DNA of 64,000 nt from positions 1-64,000 of the forward strand of contig CAWKAR010000032.1 of the NCBI GenBank assembly GCA_963847625.1, written 5' to 3'. This document shows positions 48,352-59,451 of this stretch, piece after piece. Made by a program: the position numbers and the translations under genes. Within the stretch, counting starts at the first letter, position 1, and every line of letters begins with the position of its first letter. Below the pieces are notes generated by a model. It saw nothing but the letters and a program-made list of their open reading frames with translations, did no database searches and was not told the origin of the DNA. This DNA comes from a candidate division FCPU426 bacterium (GTDB taxonomy: Bacteria > Oederibacteriota > Muellerivitia > Muellerivitales > Muellerivitaceae).

Positions 48352-49341
48352 TTAGATGGGCCTAAACAGGAGGGACAAATTGAACAACATCCCTTGGCTA
48401 GGCCGATCGGCAACCAACTCATCAGGAAAATCGGTCAACTGAACCAAGGCGGAAAAGGTCTTATCCGCCCTCACCTCCATACCCAAGCTGGAATCGAACA
48501 GCATGTCCGTAGACCTTGCCTGGTTATCACCGTAATTATTACCGTAATATAAGTTTTGGTTATTCATTTTCATAAAACCGCTTTTTCTCAACCGTAATTC
48601 ATAATAGAAAGAAACAAGCCGTTGGGCCCTGTGAAAAACCTCATACTCAATTCTTCCGGTGGCGAACCAATTATCGGGCCACTGGAATATTCCCGCTCCA
48701 AAAATAGATGTATTGGAAAGCGCTATCGGATCGGTTTTTTCATAGTGTATACTTTGGAAAAAGGAAAATCCACCCGCATGTTGACCCATCACCAATCCAA
48801 GCGCCTCCCGGTTCGCTCCTTTTCCGCTGGAAAGAAGGGGATATGCTATTGTAAAAGGGTTCGAACCCGTGGCGAAACAATACCACCCATCCAATCCGAT
48901 GAAATTTCCTTTTCTCTTGTTCCCAATAAAAAGATAAGTGCCGTTTAATTCGATATCCCCAAGTTTTTCTAAACTATGTGTGGCGTTTTCATTGCTGCTT
49001 ACGGGCAGGGTGCTTTGTTCCAAAGCGTTCGCCTCAAAGGGAATGGTCGCGCTCACCTGGATTTGGTCGGAGAGCCAGCCGCTGGCTCCGAAACCATACT
49101 CAATGCCATTCACAGAGTAAGTAAGGGGAGATGCGACTGTCTGGCTGACGCCCTGGAAAAAAGCGTTGGGAAGACCGACATTCACCCAATAAAAGCTGGG
49201 CTTTTCTTCCCGGAAAAAGGAAATGAAAAAATCGTCCCGATTGGAAAGTGCTGATGGAAAAGGGTCCAATTCAAGCGCCGGCAGGGGTACGGCTGAAAAA
49301 AACAGTAATAACTCAAAAAAAATGAATGAAATATTTTTCAT
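48352..49341 (-). CDS. Putative outer-membrane beta-barrel (MetA-pathway/transporter-like)
   Basis: Signal peptide; LGDIEL...ATG...LSSG pattern; amphipathic strands. Confidence 0.55.
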   Translation of the reverse strand: MKNISFIFFELLLFFSAVPLPALELDPFPSALSNRDDFFISFFREEKPSFYWVNVGLPNAFFQGVSQTVASPLTYSVNGIEYGFGASGWLSDQIQVSATIPFEANALEQSTLPVSSNENATHSLEKLGDIELNGTYLFIGNKRKGNFIGLDGWYCFATGSNPFTIAYPLLSSGKGANREALGLVMGQHAGGFSFFQSIHYEKTDPIALSNTSIFGAGIFQWPDNWFATGRIEYEVFHRAQRLVSFYYELRLRKSGFMKMNNQNLYYGNNYGDNQARSTDMLFDSSLGMEVRADKTFSALVQLTDFPDELVADRPSQGMLFNLSLLFRPI

Positions 49342-49384
49342 GGGTGAAACCGGTAAAGGTCAAGGAAGGATTTCATAGTTACTG

Positions 49385-49966
49385 TTAAAACATAAAAGCT
49401 AGTGTTGCTTGGGGCCGGGGTATTATGCCGAAACTAAGATCCAAGTTGTTCCTTTTGTTAAAGCCAGCAGCCGTATCAAAAGCATCCTGAATTCCAAACC
49501 CGTAAACCGCCAAAGTAGCAAAACCGATAAGCTCTCCAGCCTCTTCGTTCTTAGACTTAACTTTGGACCCATACGCATTTGACGGATCGGGAACCAATTG
49601 CAGATTATCGAAAGTTTGCCAAAATCCCACACCAAAAAGAGCGGCGAAAGCAATGCCTTTAAGGGCGTCTCCCGCGTAAACTTGCCCTGAACCGGGAATA
49701 ACCATTGAAAAAAGAGCGGCTTTCGTCGGGTTTTTAGTGGAAAGCCCTGGCACCGATGTTGGAGTGGGACTAGGAACCCCCAAGAAAGGAGCGGGCACCG
49801 GCGTGGGTGTGGCTGTCTGGAATTGGACCGGTTCTTCCAATTGTTGGATGGGAGGCGGTTCTGGTGGGGTTGGTGTCTGCTTCGATTTCCAAAAATTGGG
49901 TGAAGCATAGGTGATGGAAAATCCAAAATAAAGGAGGATACCTAAAGGTATTCGAAGGCTTTTCAT
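49385..49966 (-). CDS. DUF5683-like membrane protein
   Basis: KNPTKAALFSMVIPGSGQVY after a P/T linker. Confidence 0.65.
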   Translation of the reverse strand: MKSLRIPLGILLYFGFSITYASPNFWKSKQTPTPPEPPPIQQLEEPVQFQTATPTPVPAPFLGVPSPTPTSVPGLSTKNPTKAALFSMVIPGSGQVYAGDALKGIAFAALFGVGFWQTFDNLQLVPDPSNAYGSKVKSKNEEAGELIGFATLAVYGFGIQDAFDTAAGFNKRNNLDLSFGIIPRPQATLAFMF

Positions 49967-50018
49967 AGGCTTTAAATTATCGTTCCTCCCCATACCTGTC
50001 AAGGAATCCGGGTTCTTT

Positions 50019-51608
50019 TTAAAATCGGATGAACTTTAAATCCTGTATATAGGGTATTTGCCTTAAATCGGACATGACTTTTTCAGGAACTTCGTTGTCC
50101 ACATTCACCATGGCGATAGCCATTCCTCCCACTTCCTGGCGGCCCACATGAAGGCCCGCGATATTGACATTATTGGAACCCAGGATGGAACCCAACTTTC
50201 CAACAATTCCCGGGCGGTCCTGATGGGCCATCCAAATCATGTTCCCGGCGGGGGTGAAATCCGTGGAATTCCCGTCCAGATTGACGATCCGAAGTTCTTT
50301 TTTGCTGAATACTGTTCCGGAAACCGAATGGGAGCCTTTCTCGTTTTTAACGGTTACTGTGATCAGGGATGAGAAATCCCGCGCGCTGTTGCTGTTAGTC
50401 TCGGAAATCTCGTAACCCTTTTCCCGGGCCATCACCATTGCGTTTACGTAATTGACGGTTTCACTCATTCCCTTTTCCAGCATTCCCTTCAGCAAGCTCA
50501 AGGTAAGGGGCTTGGTGTCGAATTGGGCGACATCACCGCTGTATTCCACATTGATGTTTTTAATATAAGATTCCGCCAATTGGGAATGAAAGGAACCGAT
50601 TTTTTCAACGAGAATAAGATAGGGTTTAAGCTCCTCAAGAAGTTTAGGATCCAAGGAAGGCATGTTAACCGCGTTCCGGACCCTTCCTCCCCTCAAGGCC
50701 TCCACCATTTGCTCCGCCACAACCACTGCCACGTTGACCTGCGCTTCCTTGGTCGCCGCCCCCAAGTGGGGGACGTAAACAACGTTGCTCAAGGTCAAAA
50801 GGGGATTTTCAGTAGGGGGTTCTTTCTCGAAAACATCCAGGGCGGCGCCGGCGATTTTTCCGCTTTTAAGGCCATCCAACAGGGCTGATTCGTCGATAAT
50901 CCCTCCACGGGCGCAGTTCACCAAGCGAACCCCGTTTTTCATCGCGGCGATTTCCTTCTTGCCAATGAGTCCCCGCGTTTCAGGGGTGAGAGGGGTATGG
51001 ACCGTTATAAAATCAGCTCTTTTAATGGCGTCCTCAAAGGTCACGATCTCAAAATCATGGCCCGAAGCCTTGGCCGGATCGACATAGGGATCAAAGGCCA
51101 GGACACGCATTCCCAATCCCATGGCCTTGCGGGCCACGTTGGTTCCGATTCGGCCGAGGCCAATCACGCTCAAGATCTTTTCATTCAGCTCACAGCCGGT
51201 GAATTTGCTTCTTTCCCATTTGCCTTCTTTCACGGACTGCATGGCTTGGGGAATCAAACGGGCCATCGACATGAGCATGGCGATGGTATGCTCGGCTGTT
51301 GATATGGTGTTCCCATCGGGAGTATTCATCACGATAATCCCGCGCTTGGTGGCCGATTTTAAATCAACATTGTCCACCCCGACCCCGGCGCGGCCGATAA
51401 TCTTTAATTTCTTGGCCGCTTCGATGAGTTCGGCCGTGGCGGTGGTTCCGCTCCGTATCGCCCAGCCATCATAGTTCTCGATAACACTCTTAAGCTGTTC
51501 CGGCGTCTTGTTGAGAAGCTCATCCACCTGGAAGTCTTTTTCTTTCTTAAAGACTTGCAACCCTTCATCGGACAGCTTGTCGGAAACGAGGATTTTAAAC
51601 ATGGTCAA
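50019..51608 (-). CDS. serA: D-3-phosphoglycerate dehydrogenase
   Basis: GRAGVGVDNVD, NTISTAEH, NCARGG, PHLGAAT; ASB and ACT domains. Confidence 0.97.
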   Translation of the reverse strand: MTMFKILVSDKLSDEGLQVFKKEKDFQVDELLNKTPEQLKSVIENYDGWAIRSGTTATAELIEAAKKLKIIGRAGVGVDNVDLKSATKRGIIVMNTPDGNTISTAEHTIAMLMSMARLIPQAMQSVKEGKWERSKFTGCELNEKILSVIGLGRIGTNVARKAMGLGMRVLAFDPYVDPAKASGHDFEIVTFEDAIKRADFITVHTPLTPETRGLIGKKEIAAMKNGVRLVNCARGGIIDESALLDGLKSGKIAGAALDVFEKEPPTENPLLTLSNVVYVPHLGAATKEAQVNVAVVVAEQMVEALRGGRVRNAVNMPSLDPKLLEELKPYLILVEKIGSFHSQLAESYIKNINVEYSGDVAQFDTKPLTLSLLKGMLEKGMSETVNYVNAMVMAREKGYEISETNSNSARDFSSLITVTVKNEKGSHSVSGTVFSKKELRIVNLDGNSTDFTPAGNMIWMAHQDRPGIVGKLGSILGSNNVNIAGLHVGRQEVGGMAIAMVNVDNEVPEKVMSDLRQIPYIQDLKFIRF

Positions 51609-51653
51609 TCCTTTGTGTAACCCTTTTTCCCAACTCTAATCTTCTGCTTTTAA

Positions 51654-52808
51654 TTATAGATTTTCAGCCAGGAGCACTTCCTGCGCGGCCTTGACACCTG
51701 CTCCCAAGGGGACCTTTTTCCCCACCTTATGCAGGACCATTTCCAGGGTGGCGATGGCCAGCAGAATATCCGACCCGTCCACGTAACCCAAATGTCCGAT
51801 CCGGAAGATCTTTCCCTTCAGTTTGCCCTGTCCGCCCACAATGCTGATGCCGTACACATCACGGAAAGTCTTATTGATCAGTCCGCTATCGATTCCGTCG
51901 GGCGAGTTAACAGATGTGATGGAATTGGAAGGGGCGCTGGGCGCGAAAAGTTTCAACCCCAGGGCCTGAACCGCCGTCCGGGTGGCCTTCGCCAGTCCGG
52001 CGTGGCGCTTCCAGATGTTTTCCATGCCTTCCTGCCTGATCAAATCCAGGGCCTTCTTGAGCTGGATCACCAATGAAACGGCCGGAGTGAACGGCGTGTC
52101 CGGCATTTTTTCCTCGGTTAATTTTTTAACGGCCTTATCGTAGCTGAAATAGTAACGGGGATTCTTGGCGGTCTTGGTTTTTTCCTCCGCGGCCGGAGAA
52201 AGGGAAACAAAACCGAGCCCGGGTGGAATCATGAAACCTTTCTGGGATCCGGCCAGGATCAAATCCACTCCCCAGGCTTCTGTTTCGCAGGGCATGGCCC
52301 CCAGGCCCGAAATGGCGTCCACCGCGATCAGGGCGCCTGCTTCATGGACCGCTTTGGTCAAAGCCTGGACATCATTGGTAACGCCTGTTGAAGTTTCATT
52401 GAGGGTTGTAAAGACCAGCTTGATGCCTGGCGCGGCCTTGAGCCTTTTTGTTATTTCCGCCGGATCAACCGCTTGCCCCCACTCCACTTCATAATGTTCG
52501 ACCTCCACCTGGTATGCCTTGCAGATTTCCCTCCAACGGTTCCCAAAATGGCCCGAGGAAGCCACGAGAACCTTCTCGCCCGGCGAAGTCATGTTGGATA
52601 CGGCTGATTCCATAACGCCGGTACCCACCGAGGAAAACGTCAAGACGGGCTGCTTCGTTCGAAAAACAAATTGCAACCCCTCGTTGGCTTCCTTGAAAAT
52701 AACCTGGAATTGGGGGGTCCGGTGGTGGATGATCGGCATACTGGCTTCCGCCAGTACTTCCGGTGGAATGGGAGTGGGACCTGGGGCCATTATGTATTTT
52801 TTTCTCAT
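51654..52808 (-). CDS. Class V PLP aminotransferase (AGT/serine-pyruvate type; likely acts as phosphoserine aminotransferase next to serA)
   Basis: PGPTP, NETSTGV, VDAISG, GSQKGFMIPPGL, FRIGHLG. Confidence 0.92.
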   Translation of the reverse strand: MRKKYIMAPGPTPIPPEVLAEASMPIIHHRTPQFQVIFKEANEGLQFVFRTKQPVLTFSSVGTGVMESAVSNMTSPGEKVLVASSGHFGNRWREICKAYQVEVEHYEVEWGQAVDPAEITKRLKAAPGIKLVFTTLNETSTGVTNDVQALTKAVHEAGALIAVDAISGLGAMPCETEAWGVDLILAGSQKGFMIPPGLGFVSLSPAAEEKTKTAKNPRYYFSYDKAVKKLTEEKMPDTPFTPAVSLVIQLKKALDLIRQEGMENIWKRHAGLAKATRTAVQALGLKLFAPSAPSNSITSVNSPDGIDSGLINKTFRDVYGISIVGGQGKLKGKIFRIGHLGYVDGSDILLAIATLEMVLHKVGKKVPLGAGVKAAQEVLLAENL

Positions 52809-53023
52809 GTAATACCTCTATTTAGGATTAAATGCCGAAAATTCAAAAATCCCGATATGAAAATGAAAAACGCCGGCCTATCAGGAAAAGTCTGGGTAGT
52901 TTAACTTTAGCAAGGACTCTGTCAAGAGGTTTTGGGGTGCTTCCCAGGGAACGGAAACGTTAAAAACTTCAAGGGATTCAGAAAACTTTGCAGAGGACAA
53001 TCTAAAAAAACCGGTGAAACCAG

Positions 53024-54289
53024 CTAGGCCGTGTTTTCGCCGAAGCCTTTTTGGTAAACCAGGATGGGCTCTTCCCTTTTGAGAATGGCTCCTTCCGTGA
53101 TGACCACTTCCTTGATGTCCTTCCGGGATGGAATCTCATACATCAGGTTCATCACGACTTCCTCCAGGATGGAGCGCAAACCCCGGGCGCCCGATTGGCG
53201 TTTGATGGCCTCCTCGGCGACCGCCTGCAGGGCTTCGGGTGTGAACTTCAACTTCACGTTTTCCATCTCGAAATAACGCTGGTACTGCTTGGTCAAGGCG
53301 TTCTTGGGTTCGGTCAGCACCCGTACCAATGCCGCTTCATCCAGCTCATGCAGGGCGGAAACGATCGGAAGGCGGCCCACGAACTCAGGAATGAGTCCGA
53401 ACTTGATCAGGTCCTCCGGTTGGGTCTTCTCAAAAAGCTCGCCAAGTTTTTTCTCCTTGCGGCTCAAAGCCTCTCCCTTGAAACCGATGTTCCTGCGGCC
53501 AATCCTGTTTTCGATGATTTTTTCCAGGCCCACGAAGGCTCCCCCGCAAATAAAGAGGATATTGGTGGAATCCACCTTGATGTATTCCTGGTGGGGATGT
53601 TTGCGGCCGCCCTGGGGCGGGACGTTCACTTCCGTTCCCTCAATGATCTTGAGGAGGGCCTGCTGGACGCCTTCCCCCGAGACGTCACGGGTGATGCTGG
53701 GGTTCTCCGATTTGCGGCTGATCTTGTCGATCTCGTCGATATAAACGATCCCGCGTTCGGCCTTGGAAACGTCGAATTCGGCGTTTTGAAGGAGCTTGAG
53801 GATGATGTTTTCCACATCTTCCCCGACGTAGCCCGCCTCGGTCAGGGTGGTGGCATCCGCCACCGCGAAAGGAACGTCCAGGATCCGGGCGAGTGTTTGC
53901 GCGAGGAGGGTTTTCCCCACGCCGGTGGGCCCGATCAAGAGAACGTTGCTTTTCTGGAGCTCAACGTCCTGGGGGCCTTGTTTCACAGTCAGGCGTTTAT
54001 AGTGGTTGTGGACCGCCACGGATAGAATTTTCTTGGCACGTTCCTGTCCAATGACGTATTCGTCCAGGGTGCCCTTAATTTCCGCGGGTTTCGGCACCAC
54101 GACCTTGGTTTTAGCCATTCCACCCTTGGCGTCTCCCTTGATCTCTTCTTTTAAAATGTCATTGCAAAGTGCCACGCACTCATTGCAGATCCAAACAGTC
54201 GGGCCGGCCACCAACTTTTTAATCTCGTCCTGGCTCTTCCCGCAGAAGGAACACCTTAAAAAAGAAGTTTTTTCTCGGTCACCCGCCAT
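53024..54289 (-). CDS. clpX: Clp protease ATP-binding subunit ClpX
   Basis: CSFCGK zinc finger, [22 protein letters not shown]. Confidence 0.99.
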   Translation of the reverse strand: MAGDREKTSFLRCSFCGKSQDEIKKLVAGPTVWICNECVALCNDILKEEIKGDAKGGMAKTKVVVPKPAEIKGTLDEYVIGQERAKKILSVAVHNHYKRLTVKQGPQDVELQKSNVLLIGPTGVGKTLLAQTLARILDVPFAVADATTLTEAGYVGEDVENIILKLLQNAEFDVSKAERGIVYIDEIDKISRKSENPSITRDVSGEGVQQALLKIIEGTEVNVPPQGGRKHPHQEYIKVDSTNILFICGGAFVGLEKIIENRIGRRNIGFKGEALSRKEKKLGELFEKTQPEDLIKFGLIPEFVGRLPIVSALHELDEAALVRVLTEPKNALTKQYQRYFEMENVKLKFTPEALQAVAEEAIKRQSGARGLRSILEEVVMNLMYEIPSRKDIKEVVITEGAILKREEPILVYQKGFGENTA

Positions 54290-54304
54290 TGAACTCTCCT
54301 AAAG

Positions 54305-54904
54305 TTACTTTTTCTTCGGTTCCGGTCTTTTAGTCAAGATTTCATCGATCAGGCCGTATTCCTTGGCCTCCTCCGCCGACATAAAAAAGTCCCGTTCCAC
54401 GTCCTGCGCGATCGTCTCCACGGGCTTACCCGTATGGTGGGCCAGGATGAAGTTCAAGCGTTCCCGGATCTTCAGGATTTCCTTGGCTTGGATCTCGATG
54501 TCCGTAGCCTGGCCTTGGGTGCCTCCCGAGGGTTGGTGGATCATGATCCGCGAATTCGGGAGACTAAACCTCTTTCCCTTGCTTCCGGCGGCCAAGAGAA
54601 CGGCGCCCATGCTGGCGGCCTGCCCCACACAGATGGTGGAAACCGGGGCGCGCATGTACTGGATGGTGTCGTAAATCGCCAGTCCCGAGGTCACTACTCC
54701 TCCCGGACAGTTGACGTAAAGGTTGATGTCCTTGTCCGGATCCTCGGATTCCAGGAACAGAAGTTGAGCGATGATGGTATTGGCTACGTCATCATTCACC
54801 GGAGTCCCCAAAATGACGATGCGGTCCTTTAAAAGCCGGGAATAGATGTCATAGGACCTTTCTCCCCGGTTTGTTTGCTCCACGACTATCGGAATCAGCG
54901 CCAT
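54305..54904 (-). CDS. clpP: Clp protease proteolytic subunit
   Basis: [24 protein letters not shown]. Confidence 0.99.
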   Translation of the reverse strand: MALIPIVVEQTNRGERSYDIYSRLLKDRIVILGTPVNDDVANTIIAQLLFLESEDPDKDINLYVNCPGGVVTSGLAIYDTIQYMRAPVSTICVGQAASMGAVLLAAGSKGKRFSLPNSRIMIHQPSGGTQGQATDIEIQAKEILKIRERLNFILAHHTGKPVETIAQDVERDFFMSAEEAKEYGLIDEILTKRPEPKKK

Positions 54905-54940
54905 AAATCCTCCGTAATTTTTATTAAGGTTCTCTATGCT

Positions 54941-56224
54941 TTAGGCCGTTTCCACTTTCGAGACGGAAATCAGGTAATCCAGGGTCTTCTCATATCGGAT
55001 CCAGTCCCGGACCGAGTCAAGATTACCTTGCTTTTGGATGTATTGCTTCACCGATTCCGGCGGTTGGTTCGTGTTCTTGGAGAGGCGGTCCACATAGGCC
55101 ACGAAATCCTTCTCTTCGCAGCGGATGTTTTCAGTCTCGGCGATCTTCTCCACCAGGAGGGCCATACGGACGTTCTTTTGGGCCACAGGCCTCAGGTTCT
55201 CGACGAACTGCTTCTTTTGCGCGTCCGACAACTTGGCCGCGTCGATCCCCTGGCCCCGCAGCTTCTCAACCCCCTGTTGCACGAGCCTTTGCTGTTCCAA
55301 ATCCACCAGCGAAACCGGGATGTCGAAAGGATGTCCCTCGATCAATTTCTCGCCAATTTGCTCGACCATTTTCACCCGCTGCTCCACTTCCTTGTGGGCC
55401 TTGATTTCCTTTTCCAGCCTTTCCCGGAGTTCCTTGACCGTCCCGACCTTGGCCGTCCGCTTCGCGAAATCGTTGTCCACCAGCGGCAGCTTTTTTTCCT
55501 TGATTTCATGGAGCGTTACGGTGAATTCGGCTTCTTTTCCTTCGAGCTCTTTTTTACCGTAATTCTCGGGGAACGTGATCTTGAAGATCTTGGATTCCCC
55601 CTTCTTGACGCCCACCAGGTTTGTCTCAAAATCCTTCAGGAGATTCTGGCTTCCCAGAAGAACGTGGTACCGGTTGGCTTTTCCCCCCTCGAAGGTCTTT
55701 CCGTCGATTTTTCCCTCGAAATCAATGAGGACCAGGTCCCCTTCCCGGGCCGGGCGGTCTTCCACGGGGTTAAATTGGGCTAGATGTTCCCTCAAACCCT
55801 CCAGCGCCTTGTCCACGTCCTCTTCCTTCACCTTCGTGTGTTCCTTGGTGATCTTGAAGCCCTTGTAGTTTTTCAACTCGAATTTCGGCTTGATATCCAC
55901 CATCCCGATGAATTTCATGGGGGATCCTTCCTCGAATTGAAGGTGGGTGACCTGGGGCTGGGATACGGGGTCGATTTTTTCATCAAGCAGAGCTGTCTTG
56001 AAGTATTCCGGAAGCTCCCTGCGGACCATTTCTTCCCGAACCGCGCTTTTATATTGTTTTTTAATCACATCCATTGGCGCCTTCCCCTTGCGAAAACCCG
56101 GAAGTTTCGCTTCCTGAATGATTCGCTGGTAAATTCCATCCACCTTGGCTTGTATCGTTTCGGCCGGGATCTCCACGTGGACTTCCTTGCTGCACCCTGA
56201 TATGTCTTTTACGGTGACTTTCAC
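54941..56224 (-). CDS. tig: Trigger factor
   Basis: PGFRKGKAP, FKBP domain; synteny with clpPX. Confidence 0.97.
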   Translation of the reverse strand: MKVTVKDISGCSKEVHVEIPAETIQAKVDGIYQRIIQEAKLPGFRKGKAPMDVIKKQYKSAVREEMVRRELPEYFKTALLDEKIDPVSQPQVTHLQFEEGSPMKFIGMVDIKPKFELKNYKGFKITKEHTKVKEEDVDKALEGLREHLAQFNPVEDRPAREGDLVLIDFEGKIDGKTFEGGKANRYHVLLGSQNLLKDFETNLVGVKKGESKIFKITFPENYGKKELEGKEAEFTVTLHEIKEKKLPLVDNDFAKRTAKVGTVKELRERLEKEIKAHKEVEQRVKMVEQIGEKLIEGHPFDIPVSLVDLEQQRLVQQGVEKLRGQGIDAAKLSDAQKKQFVENLRPVAQKNVRMALLVEKIAETENIRCEEKDFVAYVDRLSKNTNQPPESVKQYIQKQGNLDSVRDWIRYEKTLDYLISVSKVETA

Positions 56225-56303
56225 GCAATTCCTTTCTTTATTGTTAAGGAAAAATTAGAGCCCTACGGTCAAGGCCGTGGTCTCACGCAAAGCAAAATAC
56301 AAA

Positions 56304-56388
56304 TGGTGCGAGGGGGGGGAGTTGAACCCCCATGGGTTGCCCCGCCAGAACCTAAATCTGGTGCGTCTGCCAGTTTCGCCACCCTCGC
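56304..56388 (-). tRNA. tRNA-Leu(TAG)
   Basis: GCGAGGGTGGCGAAACTGGCAGACGCACCAGATTTAGGTTCTGG...GGTTCAACTCC...CTCGCACCA; long variable arm; encoded CCA. Confidence 0.96.
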
Positions 56389-56552
56389 ATTTTTCTCACT
56401 GGGCAAACAACCCTTTGCGAATGGGCATGCCAATAAACCGGAACATCTTACCGGGGCCTTCAAATCCCGTCAATTTGCGGGGACACTATTTTCATAAAAA
56501 AAGCTGGTAATCTTAGGTAAAACCTGGCCAAATTGACCTATTCTCCCTGAGG

Positions 56553-58139
56553 ATGGATATTATGAAGTCCCCCAAATTATCTCAAGTGGACATGGCAATT
56601 ATCGGCGGCGGCATCAATGGAGCGGGTTTGGCTTTCCAAGCCGCCCAGGCCGGCCTGAAGGTGGCGCTATTTGAGAAAGGGGACTTTGGCTCAGGCACTT
56701 CCAGCAAGTCCACGAAATTGATCCACGGTGGAATCCGGTACTTGGAGCAATTCCATTTCTCCCTGGTATTCGAATCCCTTCACGAACGTCACCGCCTGCT
56801 CCAGATCGCGCCCCATTTGGTCCACCGCATTCCCTTTCTTCTTCCCTTATATAAAGGCGATAGCCGCCCACCCTGGATGCTCCGAGTCGGTTTGTGGCTC
56901 TATGACTTCCTGGCGGGGTCCAAAAATATCAACCGCCACCGGTGGCTCTATCCTGACGAGGCCCTCCAAAAAGCACCCTCCTTGCGATCCGAAGGTTTGA
57001 TGGGTTGCGGCCTTTATTATGACGCGCAGGTCAACGACTCGCGCCTGGTCTTCGAGAACATCCTCGCGGCCGAAAATCATGGGGCCCTTTGCATGAACTA
57101 TTGCGCCGTCACCCAATTAGACAGGGGCCAAGACAAGGTTCGGGTTTTCTACCGTGATTTACGGACCAAGGGAAGGGGCATCCTGGAAGCTTCCTGCCTG
57201 GTCAATGCCTCCGGGCCTTGGGCGAACGAGACCCTACGGCTTCTGGATGAAAACGCCCTCAAGGTGGTCCGCCCCACCCGGGGCAGCCATATCGTCGTCC
57301 CGGAAGTCCTCCCCACCCACGCGGTCCTGATCACGAGCCTAAAGGACAAAAGGATCATTTTCGTCATACCCTGGAGGGGATACAGCCTGGTGGGAACGAC
57401 CGACTTGGATGATGACGGGGACCCGGACAAGGTAAAGCCCACCGAGGAGGAAATTAACTACCTTCTCGAGGAGGCATCCCGTATCTTTCCAAAATACCAA
57501 TGGTCCCGTGAAAGGGTTCTCTCCGCTTTCTCGGGCCTCCGGACCCTGGCCTGGTCCGGGAACGAATCCGCCTCTTCCGTTTCCCGGGAGGACAAAATCT
57601 TGTCCGAGGGAAACGTCCTGACGATCGTCGGGGGCAAGCTGACAACCTATCGGTCCATGGCGGAAAAAGCACTCCGCAAAGCCTTGAAGATCCTTAAGCG
57701 TAAATCCGATGGAAACCTTTCCTATGATTTACCCGGAACGCCTAATCAACCTTGGGACGTGTTTTTCAGGCAGGAAACAGCCAAGTGGGTTTCAAAGTAT
57801 GGGATCAGCCAAACCCAAGCCGCGCATTTGGCCAATCTTTACGGCCAGAGGGCCGGTGAAGTTTTGCAACTCTTGAAAAAGAACCCCGGATTGAAGAAAC
57901 CATTGCACCCGGACAGGCCCGAAATATTGGCCCAGGTTGCGTTCGCGGTCCAGAAGGAAAAAGCGGTTCACTTGGACGACGTCCTGCTTCGAAGGCTGGA
58001 AATCGGTTACACCCCCCAACGTTGGGGTGAAGCCTCGGAAAAAGCCGCCCGCTTGGTGGGAAGTCTCTTAAAGTGGAAGCCATCCACCAAGAAAGCAGAA
58101 CTGGAAGCTTATCGCCTACAGCTTTTTCCTGCGCCCTAA
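56553..58139 (+). CDS. glpD: FAD-dependent glycerol-3-phosphate dehydrogenase
   Basis: IGGGINGAG, GTSSKSTKLIHGGIRYL, GGKLTTYRSMAE. Confidence 0.95.
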   Translation: MDIMKSPKLSQVDMAIIGGGINGAGLAFQAAQAGLKVALFEKGDFGSGTSSKSTKLIHGGIRYLEQFHFSLVFESLHERHRLLQIAPHLVHRIPFLLPLYKGDSRPPWMLRVGLWLYDFLAGSKNINRHRWLYPDEALQKAPSLRSEGLMGCGLYYDAQVNDSRLVFENILAAENHGALCMNYCAVTQLDRGQDKVRVFYRDLRTKGRGILEASCLVNASGPWANETLRLLDENALKVVRPTRGSHIVVPEVLPTHAVLITSLKDKRIIFVIPWRGYSLVGTTDLDDDGDPDKVKPTEEEINYLLEEASRIFPKYQWSRERVLSAFSGLRTLAWSGNESASSVSREDKILSEGNVLTIVGGKLTTYRSMAEKALRKALKILKRKSDGNLSYDLPGTPNQPWDVFFRQETAKWVSKYGISQTQAAHLANLYGQRAGEVLQLLKKNPGLKKPLHPDRPEILAQVAFAVQKEKAVHLDDVLLRRLEIGYTPQRWGEASEKAARLVGSLLKWKPSTKKAELEAYRLQLFPAP

Positions 58140-58218
58140 CCGGCTTACAACCTTGACTTTACCCATCGTAAATTCTTAGGTTAACTCATTAATCGTTCAA
58201 TCATTCTTGGAGGAAGTC

Positions 58219-59145
58219 ATGGAAAAAGTGGTCATCATCGGTTCCGGCCCGGCCGGCTATACCGCGGCCCTTTATGCGTCACGGGCTAATTTGAGTCCCC
58301 TTCTGATCGACGGGCCCCAACCGGGCGGCCAATTGACCACGACCACCTGCGTCGAGAACTTCCCGGGCTTTCCCGAGGGCATCCAGGGCCCGCAGTTGAT
58401 GGACAACATGAAACAACAGGCGGCTTCTTTCGGGACCCGCTACAAGACAGGGTTGGTGGCCAAAGTTGATTTTTCCAAGAGGCCTTTTCAAATTTGGTTG
58501 GACAATAATGAAAAGATCGAATCTGAGGCCGTGATCATTTCCACCGGCGCTTCCGCCAAGTACGGGGGTGTCCCCCGGGAAATGGAAATGGTGGGACATG
58601 GCGTCTCGGCCTGCGCCACATGCGACGGGTTTTTCTTCAAGAACCAGGACATCGCCGTCGTGGGCGGGGGCGACTCGGCCATGGAGGAAGCCAACTTCCT
58701 GACTAAATTCGCCAGGACCGTGACCCTCATCCACCGCCGGGACGAATTCCGGTGCTCCAAAATCATGCTACCCAGGACTAAAGCGAACCCCATGATTAAG
58801 TGGCTAACCAGTTCCGTCGTCACGGAGTTATTGGGTGATAAAGAACTGACCGGAGTGAAGGTCAAGAACCTGAAAACCAATGAGGAAAAAATCCATCCCT
58901 TCACGGGACTTTTCTTCGCCATCGGTCATACGCCAAACACTTCGCTCTTCAAGGGCCAATTGGACATGGATGAGGTGGGATATTTAAAACTGCCGAACCC
59001 GCCCCGGACGATGACGAATATCCCGGGCGTTTTCGCGGCCGGCGACGTAGCTGACCACTTCTATCGCCAGGCCGTCTCCGCCGCTGGAATGGGCTGTATG
59101 GCCGCGATCGAAGCCGAAAGATGGCTCTCCAGCCAGGGAAAATAA
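58219..59145 (+). CDS. trxB: Thioredoxin reductase
   Basis: GSGPAGYTAA, CATCDG, GGGDSAMEEA, FAAGDV. Confidence 0.98.
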   Translation: MEKVVIIGSGPAGYTAALYASRANLSPLLIDGPQPGGQLTTTTCVENFPGFPEGIQGPQLMDNMKQQAASFGTRYKTGLVAKVDFSKRPFQIWLDNNEKIESEAVIISTGASAKYGGVPREMEMVGHGVSACATCDGFFFKNQDIAVVGGGDSAMEEANFLTKFARTVTLIHRRDEFRCSKIMLPRTKANPMIKWLTSSVVTELLGDKELTGVKVKNLKTNEEKIHPFTGLFFAIGHTPNTSLFKGQLDMDEVGYLKLPNPPRTMTNIPGVFAAGDVADHFYRQAVSAAGMGCMAAIEAERWLSSQGK

Positions 59146-59346
59146 ACAGTTTTTTACTTCCCTTCCCCTTCATCAAATTTTTACCACTCCACTTTAAAGC
59201 TCAGTTGGAACGATAAAACAAATTTTATTGTTTAATTTCAGAAATCCGGGAATAAATCCGATCTCTTTCACACTATTAGTAAAGGGCATTTCGTTCCCAA
59301 TCCACAAAATGAAGGTCTTTACTAATAGATTTTCGGAATTATGCAC

Positions 59347-59375
59347 TTGACAAACCCACTGTAATTTCGTATAAT
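59347..59375 (+). promoter_or_regulatory. Consensus sigma-70 promoter inside the IS1595 left end
   Basis: TTGACA-17 bp-TATAAT. Confidence 0.8.
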
Positions 59376-59451
59376 ACTCTTAGAAATCAAGTTCATGGTT
59401 ATATTATAACCAGCAATTCAGATTTCAAAAATTATTGGAGGCCTTTCAAAT

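Noticed and set aside
3263..55783. Long antisense ORFs (3263-4351, 6852-8114, 23294-25051, 53051-54025, 54875-55783)
   Set aside because: Each lies opposite a well-supported gene, as expected from GC3 bias, and has no motifs.
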